Assembly (NCBI GenBank): GCA_963772725.1
Contig: CAVYYI010000003.1
Span: 608,001-672,000, forward strand
Length of the DNA: 64,000 bases
DNA from: an uncultured Phycisphaerales bacterium
GTDB taxonomy: Bacteria; Planctomycetota; Phycisphaerae; Sedimentisphaerales; Anaerobacaceae
Direction of reading: 5' to 3'
Within the stretch, counting starts at the first letter, position 1. Every line of letters starts with the position of its first letter. The notes below the pieces were generated by a model that worked only from the letters and a program-made list of their open reading frames with translations, ran no database searches and was not told the DNA's origin. A program made the position numbers and the translations under genes. Shown one piece after another: positions 1-11,398 of this stretch.

Positions 1-1
1 T

Positions 2-155
2 ATACTTGAGGAAGGCACCTGTGTTGATGCTACTATTATAGAATCGCCTCTGGGCAGAACAGACAAAGACGGTATTTCCAGCACCAAAGACAAGGCCGCC
101 AGTTACACGAAAAAGCATGGCAGAATATATCATGGCTACAAGGGTCATATTGCTA
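2..155 (+). pseudogene. IS5-family transposase fragment, cut off by an IS630 end
   Basis: Frame 2 reads ILEEGTCVDATIIESP...KDKAASYTKKHGRIYHGYKGHIAT, with IS5-type DAT and GYKxH motifs. It runs off the window start. Confidence 0.7.
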
Positions 156-169
156 CTATTCTGTCATAG

Positions 170-826
170 CTAAAATTGTGGATATAGTCTTTTAAGTTTA
201 ATCCTTGCATCTTCACAGGTAAATTGCCAATCCACAGCTTTTTGATTAACATTTCATTTACAATACCATGCCTTTGCTTCTTGCTGCAATTTTGCTAAAT
301 CCGGAATTCGCCGATGCAAACACTGCCGAGTCAACAAACTCAATTCAATCTCTGCAACATTCAGCCAACTGCCATGCTTTAACGTATAATGAAACTCCAG
401 ACGCTCACGCAATCGTTTGGCTTCCTGATGCTCGAACGCTTCATATAAGGATGCAACCTTATGCGTATTGAGGTTATCACAAACTAAAATAACCTTCGTT
501 GCGTCAGGGTAATCCTCATCAAGTAATATCCGAATTTCTTGAGCCCAATCAATCATTGTTTTGGCTTCTCGTACATCCACTTTTCGCCACGAGGCCAATG
601 GCTCAGTAAACATAAAATTAACCGCTGTTCCATTACGTCTGTATTGATAATCGTATCTTTCAGTTTGGCCAACCTGTATCGGCAAGGCGATTCTACTTTC
701 GCCAATCAAATGTACCGGCTGCTCATCCATACACACAACCGGAAACTGTGCGTCATAAGGCCTTTAATAAATGTCCAGAATATCTTCCATACAGGCCACA
801 AATTCCGAATCGCTTTTAGGCGGTAC
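170..826 (-). pseudogene. IS630-family transposase C-terminal part with two premature stops
   Basis: VPPKSDSEFVACMEDILDIY*RPYD...CMDEQP...DNLNTH...KHGSWLNVAEIEL...WYCK*NVNQKAVDWQFTCEDARIKLKRLYPQF; typical IS630 DDE motifs. Confidence 0.85.
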
Positions 827-829
827 ACG

Positions 830-1293
830 CGAAAGACCATCAGGGACAGTTTTACAATCCTCCGCACCAAAACTAATTTCAAGTAATCCCTTTTGTTGAA
901 TTTGGCAGGCCAGATTACCTTCGGATTCAACTATCTGCCTAAGCCGTTCACGCCTGTTTTGAGGGGGAAAAAGCGGCATCAGCCGCATTCATTTTTAGCT
1001 GCAATGCTCTCTGGAATATCTTCTGCCGCAGCTTGCCAGTAGCTACTCGAACTGGTTCCTCGCTGTCATCAATGATCGAACCGACTTTTGCGCTGTCTAT
1101 CGCTTTAACGACCTCGGCAATGCAATCATCAAAGTCCTCTTTCAATAATTGTTTTAATTTCTCGATTTCAATTTCCGGCAACTTTGTTTTGTCCATAATA
1201 GACTCCTGTAAAATAATGTTATACATCCTAAAACCAAATTACCCATATTCTACAGATTACCTATCTTTCGCGCCAGAAAAATTTGTCGCACCC
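830..1293 (-). mobile_element. ISKra4-like element left end and orfA remnant fused to the IS630 remnant
   Basis: ORF 948-1196 (GSIIDDSEEPVR...AADAAFSP) ends at a TTTTCCCCC slippery run. The terminus reads GGGTGCGACAAATTTTTC on the minus strand at 1293. Confidence 0.6.
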
Positions 1294-1466
1294 GCTAATT
1301 TCCCCATAATATTATTGCTTTGACTCTGTCTGTCAGTCTATCTATAATGTATGTTAAAATTTAATTTTTTGCAATGTTATCTTTGGAAGTAATATTGCAG
1401 AGCCATTTATGTAAATTTTTGAAGTTTGTTCCCAAAAAAGTCAGGGTTAAGATATGTGGTATTAAC

Positions 1467-1965
1467 ATGAAAAAGAAAGTTGTTGTTTGGACTGTAGTTT
1501 TAGGAGTAATACTCGGATGGTCAGTTTTTTATTTTTGGAGACAACCGGTACAACTTTCTGTAATATCTTTTCCAGATGAACCCGTGGCACATGCCCTTTA
1601 TGACAAAATGATCGAAACCATGCGTACGGCTGAGAGCTTATCGTACGAAAGCAACTATAAATGGGATGCAGCTAGCCAGGAAATGGGATGTACATATACA
1701 ATTTGGATGAAAAAGCCGAACTATTTCCGTGTAGAAGCAACTGGCAGTAAAGGCGAAAAAGGTGGAATCATTATTGGGGACGGTGATTTCCTGTGGGTTT
1801 ACTGGCCCGGACAGCGACCGATGTTCAGTAGCGAAGATGCTGAGAGCTACCAAAAATCCAAAACAGGAGTTTACATCAAAGAAGCGGCTCCTGTGGGAAA
1901 ACATTCCATAGGACACAAAATGTCTTTACTTGGGGTGCATATGTTATCGACAATAATTGATCCCA
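1467..1965 (+). pseudogene. Membrane-anchored LolA-like / outer-membrane lipoprotein-sorting protein, truncated by IS21
   Basis: N-terminal MKKK plus TM helix, then WMKKPNYFRVE...GDGDFLWVYWP. The last residues of the track ORF come from the IS end. Confidence 0.6.
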
Positions 1966-2084
1966 TGTCCGGCGTCAATTATAATTTCCCTTCAACGACA
2001 GTTATTTTTACCGTTACTTCATAACACTTACCTTAGCTTATAGCCTTTAGGAGGTGCCCCCCATGGGGGGCAAAATTTCGGACA

Positions 2085-2849
2085 TTACGTGTCCTTATTT
2101 TTCCGTCTCTGAGCTTCCTCAGCTCGGTAGCTCGGTACATTCAATTCAAGGATCACACTATGATGTACCAGCCGGTCGATCGCTGCTGCAGTGGTCATCG
2201 GATCCTTAAAGATGACTTCCCATTTACTGAACGGCAGATTGCTGGTAATCAACACGCTGCCACGTTCATAACAATGAGCTAATAAGGTAAACAGCACCTC
2301 CATCTCCTCGCGGTTCTGTTTGACATAGCCGAAGTCATCTATCATCAATGCCTCGTACTGTGACAGCTTCTTGAGCCATTTGTCCAGCTTCAACTCCTGC
2401 TTGGCTCGTAATAACTCCTGCAACATCATATCACACGTAGTAAAGTAAACCTTTTTTCCCTGCCGGGCAAGTTCATGACAGATACCACACAGTAAATGTG
2501 TCTTACCGCTGCCGGGTTTGCCAAATGCAAGAATATTCTCTGTTCTGTCAACAAATGAACCTTCCAAAAGAATTTTGACCTGCTGACGTATCTTCAACGG
2601 CATACGTTTAAAATCAAAGTTTGCCATGGTCTTTTCCATAGGAAGCTTTGAGGCTTTTACCAGCCTTGCGATTTTATTGGCTCTGCGAACATCACACTCA
2701 CGCTGAGCCAATTCCAATAGATATTGTGAATAACCCATATCTTCGGCGATAGCCTTCTGAGCGAACTCGGCGTAATATTCACGGAACATCGGCAGGTGAA
2801 GTTCTTTGAGAAGGTTTACAAGCTGATTATCCAGATCATTTTTACTCAT
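2085..2849 (-). CDS. istB: IS21 helper ATPase
   Basis: Walker A GKPGSGKT, IDDFGY, ITSN, AAIDRLVHH. Confidence 0.97.
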   Translation of the reverse strand: MSKNDLDNQLVNLLKELHLPMFREYYAEFAQKAIAEDMGYSQYLLELAQRECDVRRANKIARLVKASKLPMEKTMANFDFKRMPLKIRQQVKILLEGSFVDRTENILAFGKPGSGKTHLLCGICHELARQGKKVYFTTCDMMLQELLRAKQELKLDKWLKKLSQYEALMIDDFGYVKQNREEMEVLFTLLAHCYERGSVLITSNLPFSKWEVIFKDPMTTAAAIDRLVHHSVILELNVPSYRAEEAQRRKNKDT

Positions 2850-4333
2850 ACCAGTAGTGCCTCCGCCGATTCAAGTAGACAGTCATAACTGTTCAGATCA
2901 ATATCGCCAACACAAACGTCAGTGACATCCGGCGGCTGTTGTTCGGATTTGACTATTTGTTCTACCATATCAAAATCAATCGCATCTGCATGGTTGATCA
3001 GGAACCGCAAAGCTTCATTGACAGATGTCTGGCTTTCGTTGGCAGCTAATTCAAGAATTTTCAGATACTGCTTATTACCCTGCTTCATCCCATGTTGATC
3101 ACGCAGGAGATCATATGCGATCCTGAACTGACTTGTGGGAAACATATCATCTTTATAGCAATAGTTCTCAAACGCCCCGGGTTTGCGAACAAGGGTATCT
3201 ATAACGTGGCGGTAATTGATGTAATGACCGTTTTCACCGTGTAATCTGGGCAATACTTCAATTCTTCTTTGAGCATACCAGACTTCGATATGTTCGGCAT
3301 ATATTCGAACGTCAACATTTTCTCCCCTAAGCCTGCTGTGAACAGAATAGCTGTTCTTAAGAACTCGGACCGTGCAGCCACGACTTACCCTGCATTTATC
3401 CCTGGTGAAATCTTCATGCCTGCGGGTTGGCAATTGCCGCAGAACCTTTAACTCTTCGGCCAAGAGTTTTGTGCGGCCGGTATTGAGTTGGTTGAGCAGC
3501 TTTTCAAGAAACATTTCATAATCTTTCCTGCTGTTAAAATCTCTGCTTCCTCTAAGGATTAACGCCTGTTCAACAGCTCTCTTTAACCTGTGATGACGCT
3601 GCTCTATATCGCCGTTTTCATTCGGACAGTGAGGCTGGATTTTACAGCTTTGGAAACCATAATGATTCGCAAGACCCTGATAGTTAGCCGTGAATTCCTC
3701 AGGATTGCCTACCTTGTTAACCGCACAGGTTAAATTATCAGTCCTATGATAGCGTGGTATGCCGCCTAACTTCCAGAGGGCATTTTGAATACCGGCACTT
3801 AAACTTTCATAGCTTTCTGAAAAACATACCGTGACGGTTTCCCAGTTCGACAAACACAATACAAAATGGTACAGCATGTGAATAAAAGGTATGCCGCAAA
3901 TGGTGATACCCAGCTTATTCATCCTGGTAAAGTCTGATTCGCACCATTGGCCGGGTTTATAGATTTGTGGAAAAAACACTTCCTGAGCCGGACCGGACAA
4001 GGCTTTCCATTGTTTTACTCGTCTCTGGAAGGTTCTTAATTCGCTGTCCTGGTATTTACCGGGATATTCACGCTGCAGAGCCTCAAAAAGCGATTTAGAT
4101 TCAAGACCGGAGTTGTTTTTGAGGAATTCTTCAACCCATGGCCAATCCCCTGCAAAGGCATCCGGATGGGTGGGCCAGTCGTGGATAGCTTGGCATTGGC
4201 TGGGCAGCACGCCCGTTTTTAAATACTTGCGGGCGGTTTTAGTGCTTATACCAGCCTTGTCTGCAAGCTGATATAAGGTCTTGCATTTGTTTTTCATAGC
4301 GAACAATCTCCTTACCTGTTTGTCTTTAACCAT
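2846..4333 (-). CDS. istA: IS21 DDE transposase
   Basis: HTH N-terminus, ESDFT, RTDN, NGDIE, NSYSV; ATGA overlap with istB. Confidence 0.97.
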   Translation of the reverse strand: MVKDKQVRRLFAMKNKCKTLYQLADKAGISTKTARKYLKTGVLPSQCQAIHDWPTHPDAFAGDWPWVEEFLKNNSGLESKSLFEALQREYPGKYQDSELRTFQRRVKQWKALSGPAQEVFFPQIYKPGQWCESDFTRMNKLGITICGIPFIHMLYHFVLCLSNWETVTVCFSESYESLSAGIQNALWKLGGIPRYHRTDNLTCAVNKVGNPEEFTANYQGLANHYGFQSCKIQPHCPNENGDIEQRHHRLKRAVEQALILRGSRDFNSRKDYEMFLEKLLNQLNTGRTKLLAEELKVLRQLPTRRHEDFTRDKCRVSRGCTVRVLKNSYSVHSRLRGENVDVRIYAEHIEVWYAQRRIEVLPRLHGENGHYINYRHVIDTLVRKPGAFENYCYKDDMFPTSQFRIAYDLLRDQHGMKQGNKQYLKILELAANESQTSVNEALRFLINHADAIDFDMVEQIVKSEQQPPDVTDVCVGDIDLNSYDCLLESAEALLV

Positions 4334-4436
4334 CTGAAATCTCCTGACTTAATGAGTTTCAGATAGCATATTCCAACTTTAATTCATCCGGAACTTTTAA
4401 CTGTCGCCGGAAGGTAAGAATAATTGTCGCTGATCA

Positions 4437-5076
4437 GGAGGAAGGTTTTCACTGGATAATAACAATGGATTGTGATCATCAGCACCAGCCTTCCTGCATA
4501 CCGCTGTTTTATAATGAGATAGAAAAGGATGATGCCGATATTATAAGCGGCTCAAGATATCTTGATCCCGAAAATAATGGTACTGCAAAACCGCCTCCTG
4601 AGAGAGTCATAATAAACAAAAAAATTACCATATTGTTAAACCAGATGCTTAATCTCAAGTTGACTGACTCTTTCTGCGGGTTCAAGGCGTACAGGGTCGA
4701 ATCCCTTAAAAAGCTGAAACTGACCGAAAATGGGTATGGCCTGCCGCTTCAGTTATGGATTCAGGTTCGGCAGCCAATGTTCGAATCCATGAAATAGCCG
4801 TACCTTTGATTTATCATGACCCAAAAAGAAATTTCGGCGGGTATCTGGAAGTGCCGCGGTTAAGAATGAAATATTATATGGATATTATCCAGCAGGAACT
4901 TATACAAAATGGAATGTAAAATACTGAGAAAATTAGCTGTTCCTGATGAGAAGAACTGCATATTCACAAGCCCGGATTTTACAAGCTGGCAGTCTCTTCT
5001 AGATGCCAATAAAAGTTCACTTGCTGGTATCAAAAACAGAAATATCTCAAAGGACAAACTTATAAATATCGCCACT
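4437..5076 (+). pseudogene. GT2 glycosyltransferase 3' fragment plus the start of the next gene (ATG about 4909), trapped between two IS21 left ends
   Basis: ITMDCDHQH...DIISGSRY...TDSFCGFKAYR, which is DPM/DPG-synthase-like GT2; frameshift near 4770-4800. Confidence 0.75.
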
Positions 5077-7547
5077 TGATCAGCGACAATTATTCTTACC
5101 TTCCGGCGACAGTTAAAAGTTCCGGATGAATTAAAGTTGGAATATGCTATCTGAAACTCATTAAGTCAGGAGATTTCAGATGGTTAAAGACAAACAGGTA
5201 AGGAGATTGTTCGCTATGAAAAACAAATGCAAGACCTTATATCAGCTTGCAGACAAGGCTGGTATAAGCACTAAAACCGCCCGCAAGTATTTAAAAACGG
5301 GCGTGCTGCCCAGCCAATGCCAAGCTATCCACGACTGGCCCACCCATCCGGATGCCTTTGCAGGGGATTGGCCATGGGTTGAAGAATTCCTCAAAAACAA
5401 CTCCGGTCTTGAATCTAAATCGCTTTTTGAGGCTCTGCAGCGTGAATATCCCGGTAAATACCAGGACAGCGAATTAAGAACCTTCCAGAGACGAGTAAAA
5501 CAATGGAAAGCCTTGTCCGGTCCGGCTCAGGAAGTGTTTTTTCCACAAATCTATAAACCCGGCCAATGGTGCGAATCAGACTTTACCAGGATGAATAAGC
5601 TGGGTATCACCATTTGCGGCATACCTTTTATTCACATGCTGTACCATTTTGTATTGTGTTTGTCGAACTGGGAAACCGTCACGGTATGTTTTTCAGAAAG
5701 CTATGAAAGTTTAAGTGCCGGTATTCAAAATGCCCTCTGGAAGTTAGGCGGCATACCACGCTATCATAGGACTGATAATTTAACCTGTGCGGTTAACAAG
5801 GTAGGCAATCCTGAGGAATTCACGGCTAACTATCAGGGTCTTGCGAATCATTATGGTTTCCAAAGCTGTAAAATCCAGCCTCACTGTCCGAATGAAAACG
5901 GCGATATAGAGCAGCGTCATCACAGGTTAAAGAGAGCTGTTGAACAGGCGTTAATCCTTAGAGGAAGCAGAGATTTTAACAGCAGGAAAGATTATGAAAT
6001 GTTTCTTGAAAAGCTGCTCGACCAACTCAATACCGGCCGCACAAAACTCTTGGCCGAAGAGTTAAAGGTTCTGCGGCAATTGCCAACCCGCAGGCATGAA
6101 GATTTCACCAGGGATAAATGCAGGGTAAGTCGTGGCTGCACGGTCCGAGTTCTTAAGAACAGCTATTCTGTTCACAGCAGGCTTAGGGGAGAAAATGTTG
6201 ACGTTCGAATATATGCCGAACATATCGAAGTCTGGTATGCTCAAAGAAGAATTGAAGTATTGCCCAGATTACACGGTGAAAACGGTCATTACATCAATTA
6301 CCGCCACGTTATAGATACCCTTGTTCGCAAACCCGGGGCGTTTGAGAACTATTGCTATAAAGATGATATGTTTCCCACAAGTCAGTTCAGGATCGCATAT
6401 GATCTCCTGCGTGATCAACATGGGATGAAGCAGGGTAATAAGCAGTATCTGAAAATTCTTGAATTAGCTGCCAACGAAAGCCAGACATCTGTCAATGAAG
6501 CTTTGCGGTTCCTGATCAACCATGCAGATGCGATTGATTTTGATATGGTAGAACAAATAGTCAAATCCGAACAACAGCCGCCGGATGTCACTGACGTTTG
6601 TGTTGGCGATATTGATCTGAACAGTTATGACTGTCTACTTGAATCGGCGGAGGCACTACTGGTATGAGTAAAAATGATCTGGATAATCAGCTTGTAAACC
6701 TTCTCAAAGAACTTCACCTGCCGATGTTCCGTGAATATTACGCCGAGTTCGCTCAGAAGGCTATCGCCGAAGATATGGGTTATTCACAATATCTATTGGA
6801 ATTGGCTCAGCGTGAGTGTGATGTTCGCAGAGCCAATAAAATCGCAAGGCTGGTAAAAGCCTCAAAGCTTCCTATGGAAAAGACCATGGCAAACTTTGAT
6901 TTTAAACGTATGCCGTTGAAGATACGTCAGCAGGTCAAAATTCTTTTGGAAGGTTCATTTGTTGACAGAACAGAGAATATTCTTGCATTTGGCAAACCCG
7001 GCAGCGGTAAGACACATTTACTGTGTGGTATCTGTCATGAACTTGCCCGGCAGGGAAAAAAGGTTTACTTTACTACGTGTGATATGATGTTGCAGGAGTT
7101 ATTACGAGCCAAGCAGGAGTTGAAGCTGGACAAATGGCTCAAGAAGCTGTCACAGTACGAGGCATTGATGATAGATGACTTCGGCTATGTCAAACAGAAC
7201 CGCGAGGAGATGGAGGTGCTGTTTACCTTATTAGCTCATTGTTATGAACGTGGCAGCGTGTTGATTACCAGCAATCTGCCGTTCAGTAAATGGGAAGTCA
7301 TCTTTAAGGATCCGATGACCACTGCAGCAGCGATTGACCGGCTGGTACATCATAGTGTGATCCTTGAATTGAATGTACCGAGCTACCGAGCTGAGGAAGC
7401 TCAGAGACGGAAAAATAAGGACACGTAATGTCCGAAATTTTGCCCCCCATGGGGGGCACCTCCTAAAGGCTATAAGCTAAGGTAAGTGTTATGAAGTAAC
7501 GGTAAAAATAACTGTCGTTGAAGGGAAATTATAATTGACGCCGGACA
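5077..7547 (+). mobile_element. IS21-family element, copy 2 (istA 5180-6667, istB 6664-7428)
   Basis: Nearly identical to copy 1. Flanks GCCACT / CTATGT, no target duplication. Confidence 0.97.
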
Positions 7548-8036
7548 CTATGTTTTCTTTAAAATTTTATATTCTAGTTCCTTGGGTGCAATTTCGAGCA
7601 AATGCAGCATTCGCTTGTCAGCTGTAATTAGAATTAAATTATATGCCAGTGCCTCAGAAACTATCCATAAATCATTTTCATCGACCCCCATCAGCTTTGA
7701 AGGGATCGGGCTTTCAAGTTGACTCGCACGAGGGTCACTTAACCTTAACGTCTTTTCCGATTTGCTTTCAAATAGGCTTGCCTTAAGCTTACCATATTCC
7801 TGTGCAACAGCCTTATCAATGGGGAAAGAATAAGGTTTATAACCAGAAATAAATTCGCTATATTCCTCAAAACTAAATTTAGGATTTACATGGGCTCCGT
7901 ATATAACTTCTCCCCATACTATAGCTGAAAGGTAAAGCCGTGAGTTTGAAACTATCTTTTGAATTTCAGAAATTATATAAGATTCATTTCTAAACCAACC
8001 AGACCAGATATTTGTATCCAACAAACAATCTTTCAT
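7548..8036 (-). CDS. PIN-domain (VapC-like) ribonuclease
   Basis: LLDTNIW, WGE, DENDLWI and TAD give the full acidic PIN set. ATGA overlap with the upstream methyltransferase. Confidence 0.85.
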   Translation of the reverse strand: MKDCLLDTNIWSGWFRNESYIISEIQKIVSNSRLYLSAIVWGEVIYGAHVNPKFSFEEYSEFISGYKPYSFPIDKAVAQEYGKLKASLFESKSEKTLRLSDPRASQLESPIPSKLMGVDENDLWIVSEALAYNLILITADKRMLHLLEIAPKELEYKILKKT

Positions 8037-10588
8037 TTTCCGCTTCTCTCCTTTGAAGCAATCTCGAAAGCCTCGATAACTTGCGGAGTTCTATTGCGAT
8101 CAACCCACTTTTGTACGTTTTTAAAAGTTGAATTTCTGTAATCATTCGAAATGTAGATATGTAACGGTATATATGATTCAAATCCTGTTTCATAATATCT
8201 GTCAAATTTAAAATCTACTCCCTTTCGCTGAATGCCTTCAAAAAAGTTGAGCAGTTCTCTTTCTATCCGGGGAGGCAATTGGTACAGTCGCAGAATTTCA
8301 GCATCAATAGATAAAAGCAGCTGCCGTTTTTTTTCATCACTTTTATTTTGCAAAGCGAACGGATGCTGTTGAGAATATGCAAAGTAATCCTGTACACAAA
8401 TATTCAATTTTGAAAAATCTTGCGATTCAAATGGCACAGGCATGTTTCGCAAAGTACCCTCCATATTAAGTCGTTCCATACAATGGCAATACATATATGC
8501 ATTTGCAAAGGGCGAATTAATAAGTGCCCAGATAACATTTAAGGGGATATTCTTTTCCGGTTTGGGTCTTATCACAAGAAAATGTTTGGTTACTGGCAAA
8601 CCTTTCAAATCTATAAATCCTTTTATCCTCCATGCGTCTCCCCCAGATCTTGCATAATTAGCAATAACTTGAGGGATATTTTCCTTAAGGCCGTACCGTT
8701 GATTAGCAATATCGCCTGCTTTAGTACTTAGCCAATAATAATCCGGCAATTCAGTAATTTGGATATCAACCCTGCCCTTTTTCCCATTGATTATTCGTTC
8801 AAAATTTCCAAAACCTTTCGTCGAATCAGGAAATTTATGTTTTTGAACGGATTTTTCGAAATGCTTATATTCAATTCCTCTTCCAATTACTGCATATTCT
8901 TTTATTTTGTGAAAACGCTTGCAATAATCCCAAATATCTTTTAGTGCCGGTATTCTAAAACTATAATCTTGAGCATGATAAAAAGTATCCTTATCAATTA
9001 TTTCACTCGAGGCTTGATAGGTATTTTTAAAAGTTTCGATATCCTTATTATTTATTCTTAAATAAACAATTTTTGCTTTACTTTGTCTCTTGCGGGCAAG
9101 CAGAACAGTTGACAGATGTTTGCCTTTAGCAAATACATTGTCCGGCAGATTGCAGATTGTTCGCAATTCGAAATTATCTAAAATATATTTCCTCAAATCA
9201 GCGAGATTTCTTCTATGTAGAAAACCTTGAGGCAAAATAATTCCGAAAACAGAATCATCAGGCAGGTAAGACAATGTCTTTTCAAGAACTTCAGCGGCCT
9301 TGTTGCCAGTTTTGATATTATTATATTTTTGCTTCTCTTTTTTGAAATCCTCAAAAGGGGGATTGCAAAAGAGTATTGTGGCTTTTTGGGCCGCCTTTTT
9401 CAAAATATCATTTTCATAAATATCTGAATGTTGAATATTCCATCCATTGGGGTTTGGAATATCAGCTAAAGTAAGTGCTAACTTGGCAATTTCTTCGGCA
9501 AAGCTGTCCACGTCTATCCCTATAAGATGTCGTTTGAGATAATCATGTCTGTCTTTTTCAACACCTTTATAAAGAAGAGGGTCAGTCAGTAATTTTGCTC
9601 CAGTCGTCAAAAACGGTGCGTGTCCACAAGCCGGTTCAAGAATAATTCTTTTTGCCTGCGGGATAGCTTCAATCCAATCAATCAGTTCCAATACTATATA
9701 ATTAACCAGCCATGAGGGCGTGGCATGAGTGCCAAACAATTTTCTTGTTTCTTTTCTTACCAGCGCATTTTCATAAACATAAGCAAGCGACTCTGTTGTT
9801 AGATGGGCAAAACTTGATATCATCGCAATTTCTTTTGCAATTTTTTCAAACGCTTTCTTCTGTATGTTATTTGAGATATCAAGCATCTCGGTTGCGCTAT
9901 AATGTCCCTGCACCCGTTTAATCAAATCAGCTACATTTGAGATTTCAAGATTTTTAAATCGCGGTACCTGCTTATCTTTTAAAATCTTGGCGCCTATCAA
10001 CCAAAAGGCCGCCTGAACAAGCCATTTACCAAATTTCTTATCTTCATTAATACTTGCACAATTTGCTTTAAGGGATTTTATAATTTTTTCTGTAAGTTCA
10101 GATAAATATTTTCCTTCTTTTTCTTCAACAATCCCCATCAAACTGCCAATATCAGCAAACGAAAGTTGGTACTCTTTTTTTACGCGGCCAATTGTTTTAG
10201 CCCTGTGGATGCTTTCGGGGAAGAAATCTTTTTTATATTTACTGAAAAAACCACTTAGAGTTTTTGGTTCAATTTGTTCGTGAAACGCCACTTGAATGCC
10301 GGAGTTTTTCCAAAATTGTACACCGCTATCGTCATAAACCAACAACACAGGACAACCAAGCAATTGATAAGGCAACAATTCTGTTTCAATCTTCTTTTCA
10401 TTCAATTTGGTTTTATCAATTGCCGCTATGCAGGCGGTGGCAGAATTATATGTGGGTTGATAGAAACCGACTATTTCAGCAGTTCTGCTTTCTTTACCGT
10501 CAAAATATTGGTAGCTTTCTTGAAGAAGGTTATTTTTATATCCACAGCTTTTAAAGCCATCAAGTATTTGCTGCCTTATTTGTAACAT
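8033..10588 (-). CDS. Large N6-adenine DNA methyltransferase (HsdM/Eco57I-like) with a probable C-terminal target-recognition region
   Basis: GTHATP (motif X), ILEPACGHAPFL (motif I), GIDVD, CNPPF (motif IV), GIILP, LRKYIL. Confidence 0.85.
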   Translation of the reverse strand: MLQIRQQILDGFKSCGYKNNLLQESYQYFDGKESRTAEIVGFYQPTYNSATACIAAIDKTKLNEKKIETELLPYQLLGCPVLLVYDDSGVQFWKNSGIQVAFHEQIEPKTLSGFFSKYKKDFFPESIHRAKTIGRVKKEYQLSFADIGSLMGIVEEKEGKYLSELTEKIIKSLKANCASINEDKKFGKWLVQAAFWLIGAKILKDKQVPRFKNLEISNVADLIKRVQGHYSATEMLDISNNIQKKAFEKIAKEIAMISSFAHLTTESLAYVYENALVRKETRKLFGTHATPSWLVNYIVLELIDWIEAIPQAKRIILEPACGHAPFLTTGAKLLTDPLLYKGVEKDRHDYLKRHLIGIDVDSFAEEIAKLALTLADIPNPNGWNIQHSDIYENDILKKAAQKATILFCNPPFEDFKKEKQKYNNIKTGNKAAEVLEKTLSYLPDDSVFGIILPQGFLHRRNLADLRKYILDNFELRTICNLPDNVFAKGKHLSTVLLARKRQSKAKIVYLRINNKDIETFKNTYQASSEIIDKDTFYHAQDYSFRIPALKDIWDYCKRFHKIKEYAVIGRGIEYKHFEKSVQKHKFPDSTKGFGNFERIINGKKGRVDIQITELPDYYWLSTKAGDIANQRYGLKENIPQVIANYARSGGDAWRIKGFIDLKGLPVTKHFLVIRPKPEKNIPLNVIWALINSPFANAYMYCHCMERLNMEGTLRNMPVPFESQDFSKLNICVQDYFAYSQQHPFALQNKSDEKKRQLLLSIDAEILRLYQLPPRIERELLNFFEGIQRKGVDFKFDRYYETGFESYIPLHIYISNDYRNSTFKNVQKWVDRNRTPQVIEAFEIASKERSGK

Positions 10589-10675
10589 CTCGTATTGGGA
10601 CCCTTTGAATAATAGGTTTTCATTTTCCCAAGTAAAATATCGGGCAAATGAACCAAATTTACTAAATAAATGTGG

Positions 10676-11233
10676 TCATATCACCTTAAATTCTATCTTC
10701 GCCGATTCCATTTGTAATGTTGTGTTTGTTTTTAACTGGTCGTTATTCTTAAAGGCAACATCCAAGCAGGTAAATCTTTCCGGTTTTTCCGCCAAGACCT
10801 TATCAACAAACTTCTTTGTAATCCTCTCCGCCAAACAAACTATTTCGTTGCTCGTCTCTCGTTTCTCGTGACTCGTTTCTTTTAAATCCTTACGAGCGAC
10901 AAGCGACGAGTTATCGCCCTCGATGAAGATATTCTGCGTCTTATCGAAGTCAATAGATTCGCTTTTAACGGGTTTAAGAGTTGCCGTTGTCGTTTCCTGA
11001 ATATGCCTGAAACAATCCGTCTTTCCCGCCCATAACAGCCCGTAACGTTCATTATCGGTATCGAGTTCTTCGCCTAATGCTGTTCGGAGTTTATCGGGAT
11101 TAACCTTTCCTTCGGAAAAAACTAAAGGAAACTGTGCTTTTAGAAGTTCGGCAAGCTCCTTTTGAGGGCTTAACGACTTCCCATCCATCTTATGTACAAT
11201 AGCTTTCCCGCTTTTATCGGCTTCCTTTGCCAT
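10676..11233 (-). pseudogene. Type III RM Mod subunit with the catalytic core deleted in frame
   Basis: Mod N-terminus (FSEGKV..ERYGLLWAGK..NIFIEGDN) joined to the Mod C-terminus (LDVAFKNNDQLKTN..FKVI); no DPPY motif. Confidence 0.8.
10851..10910. repeat. Two inverted arrays of 7-bp tandem repeats at the mod deletion junction
   Basis: CTCGTCT CTCGTTT CTCGTGA CTCGTTT (10851-10878) and CGAGCGA CAAGCGA CGAG (10893-10910). Confidence 0.75.
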
Positions 11234-11398
11234 TCTTACCCCTGCTTTAGTTCAATCAAATTTTGCCGAATACTACCACCTAAAACATGATAATGCAAGC
11301 GGTTTTTATGGTTAAAAATGCGTAATTTATAAGACTTTTAAAGCGGGATATATAGAATTACGAAAAGGGTATTGAATAGCCCCCACCCCTCTCACCTC

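Larger units (their letters stand above)
1966..4436 (-). mobile_element. IS21-family element, copy 1 (2471 bp)
   Basis: Ends TGATCAGCGACAATT / TGTCCGGCGTCAATT with internal CGACA(A/G)TTA repeats; istA-istB. No target duplication (ATCCCA vs GGAGGA). Confidence 0.97.
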
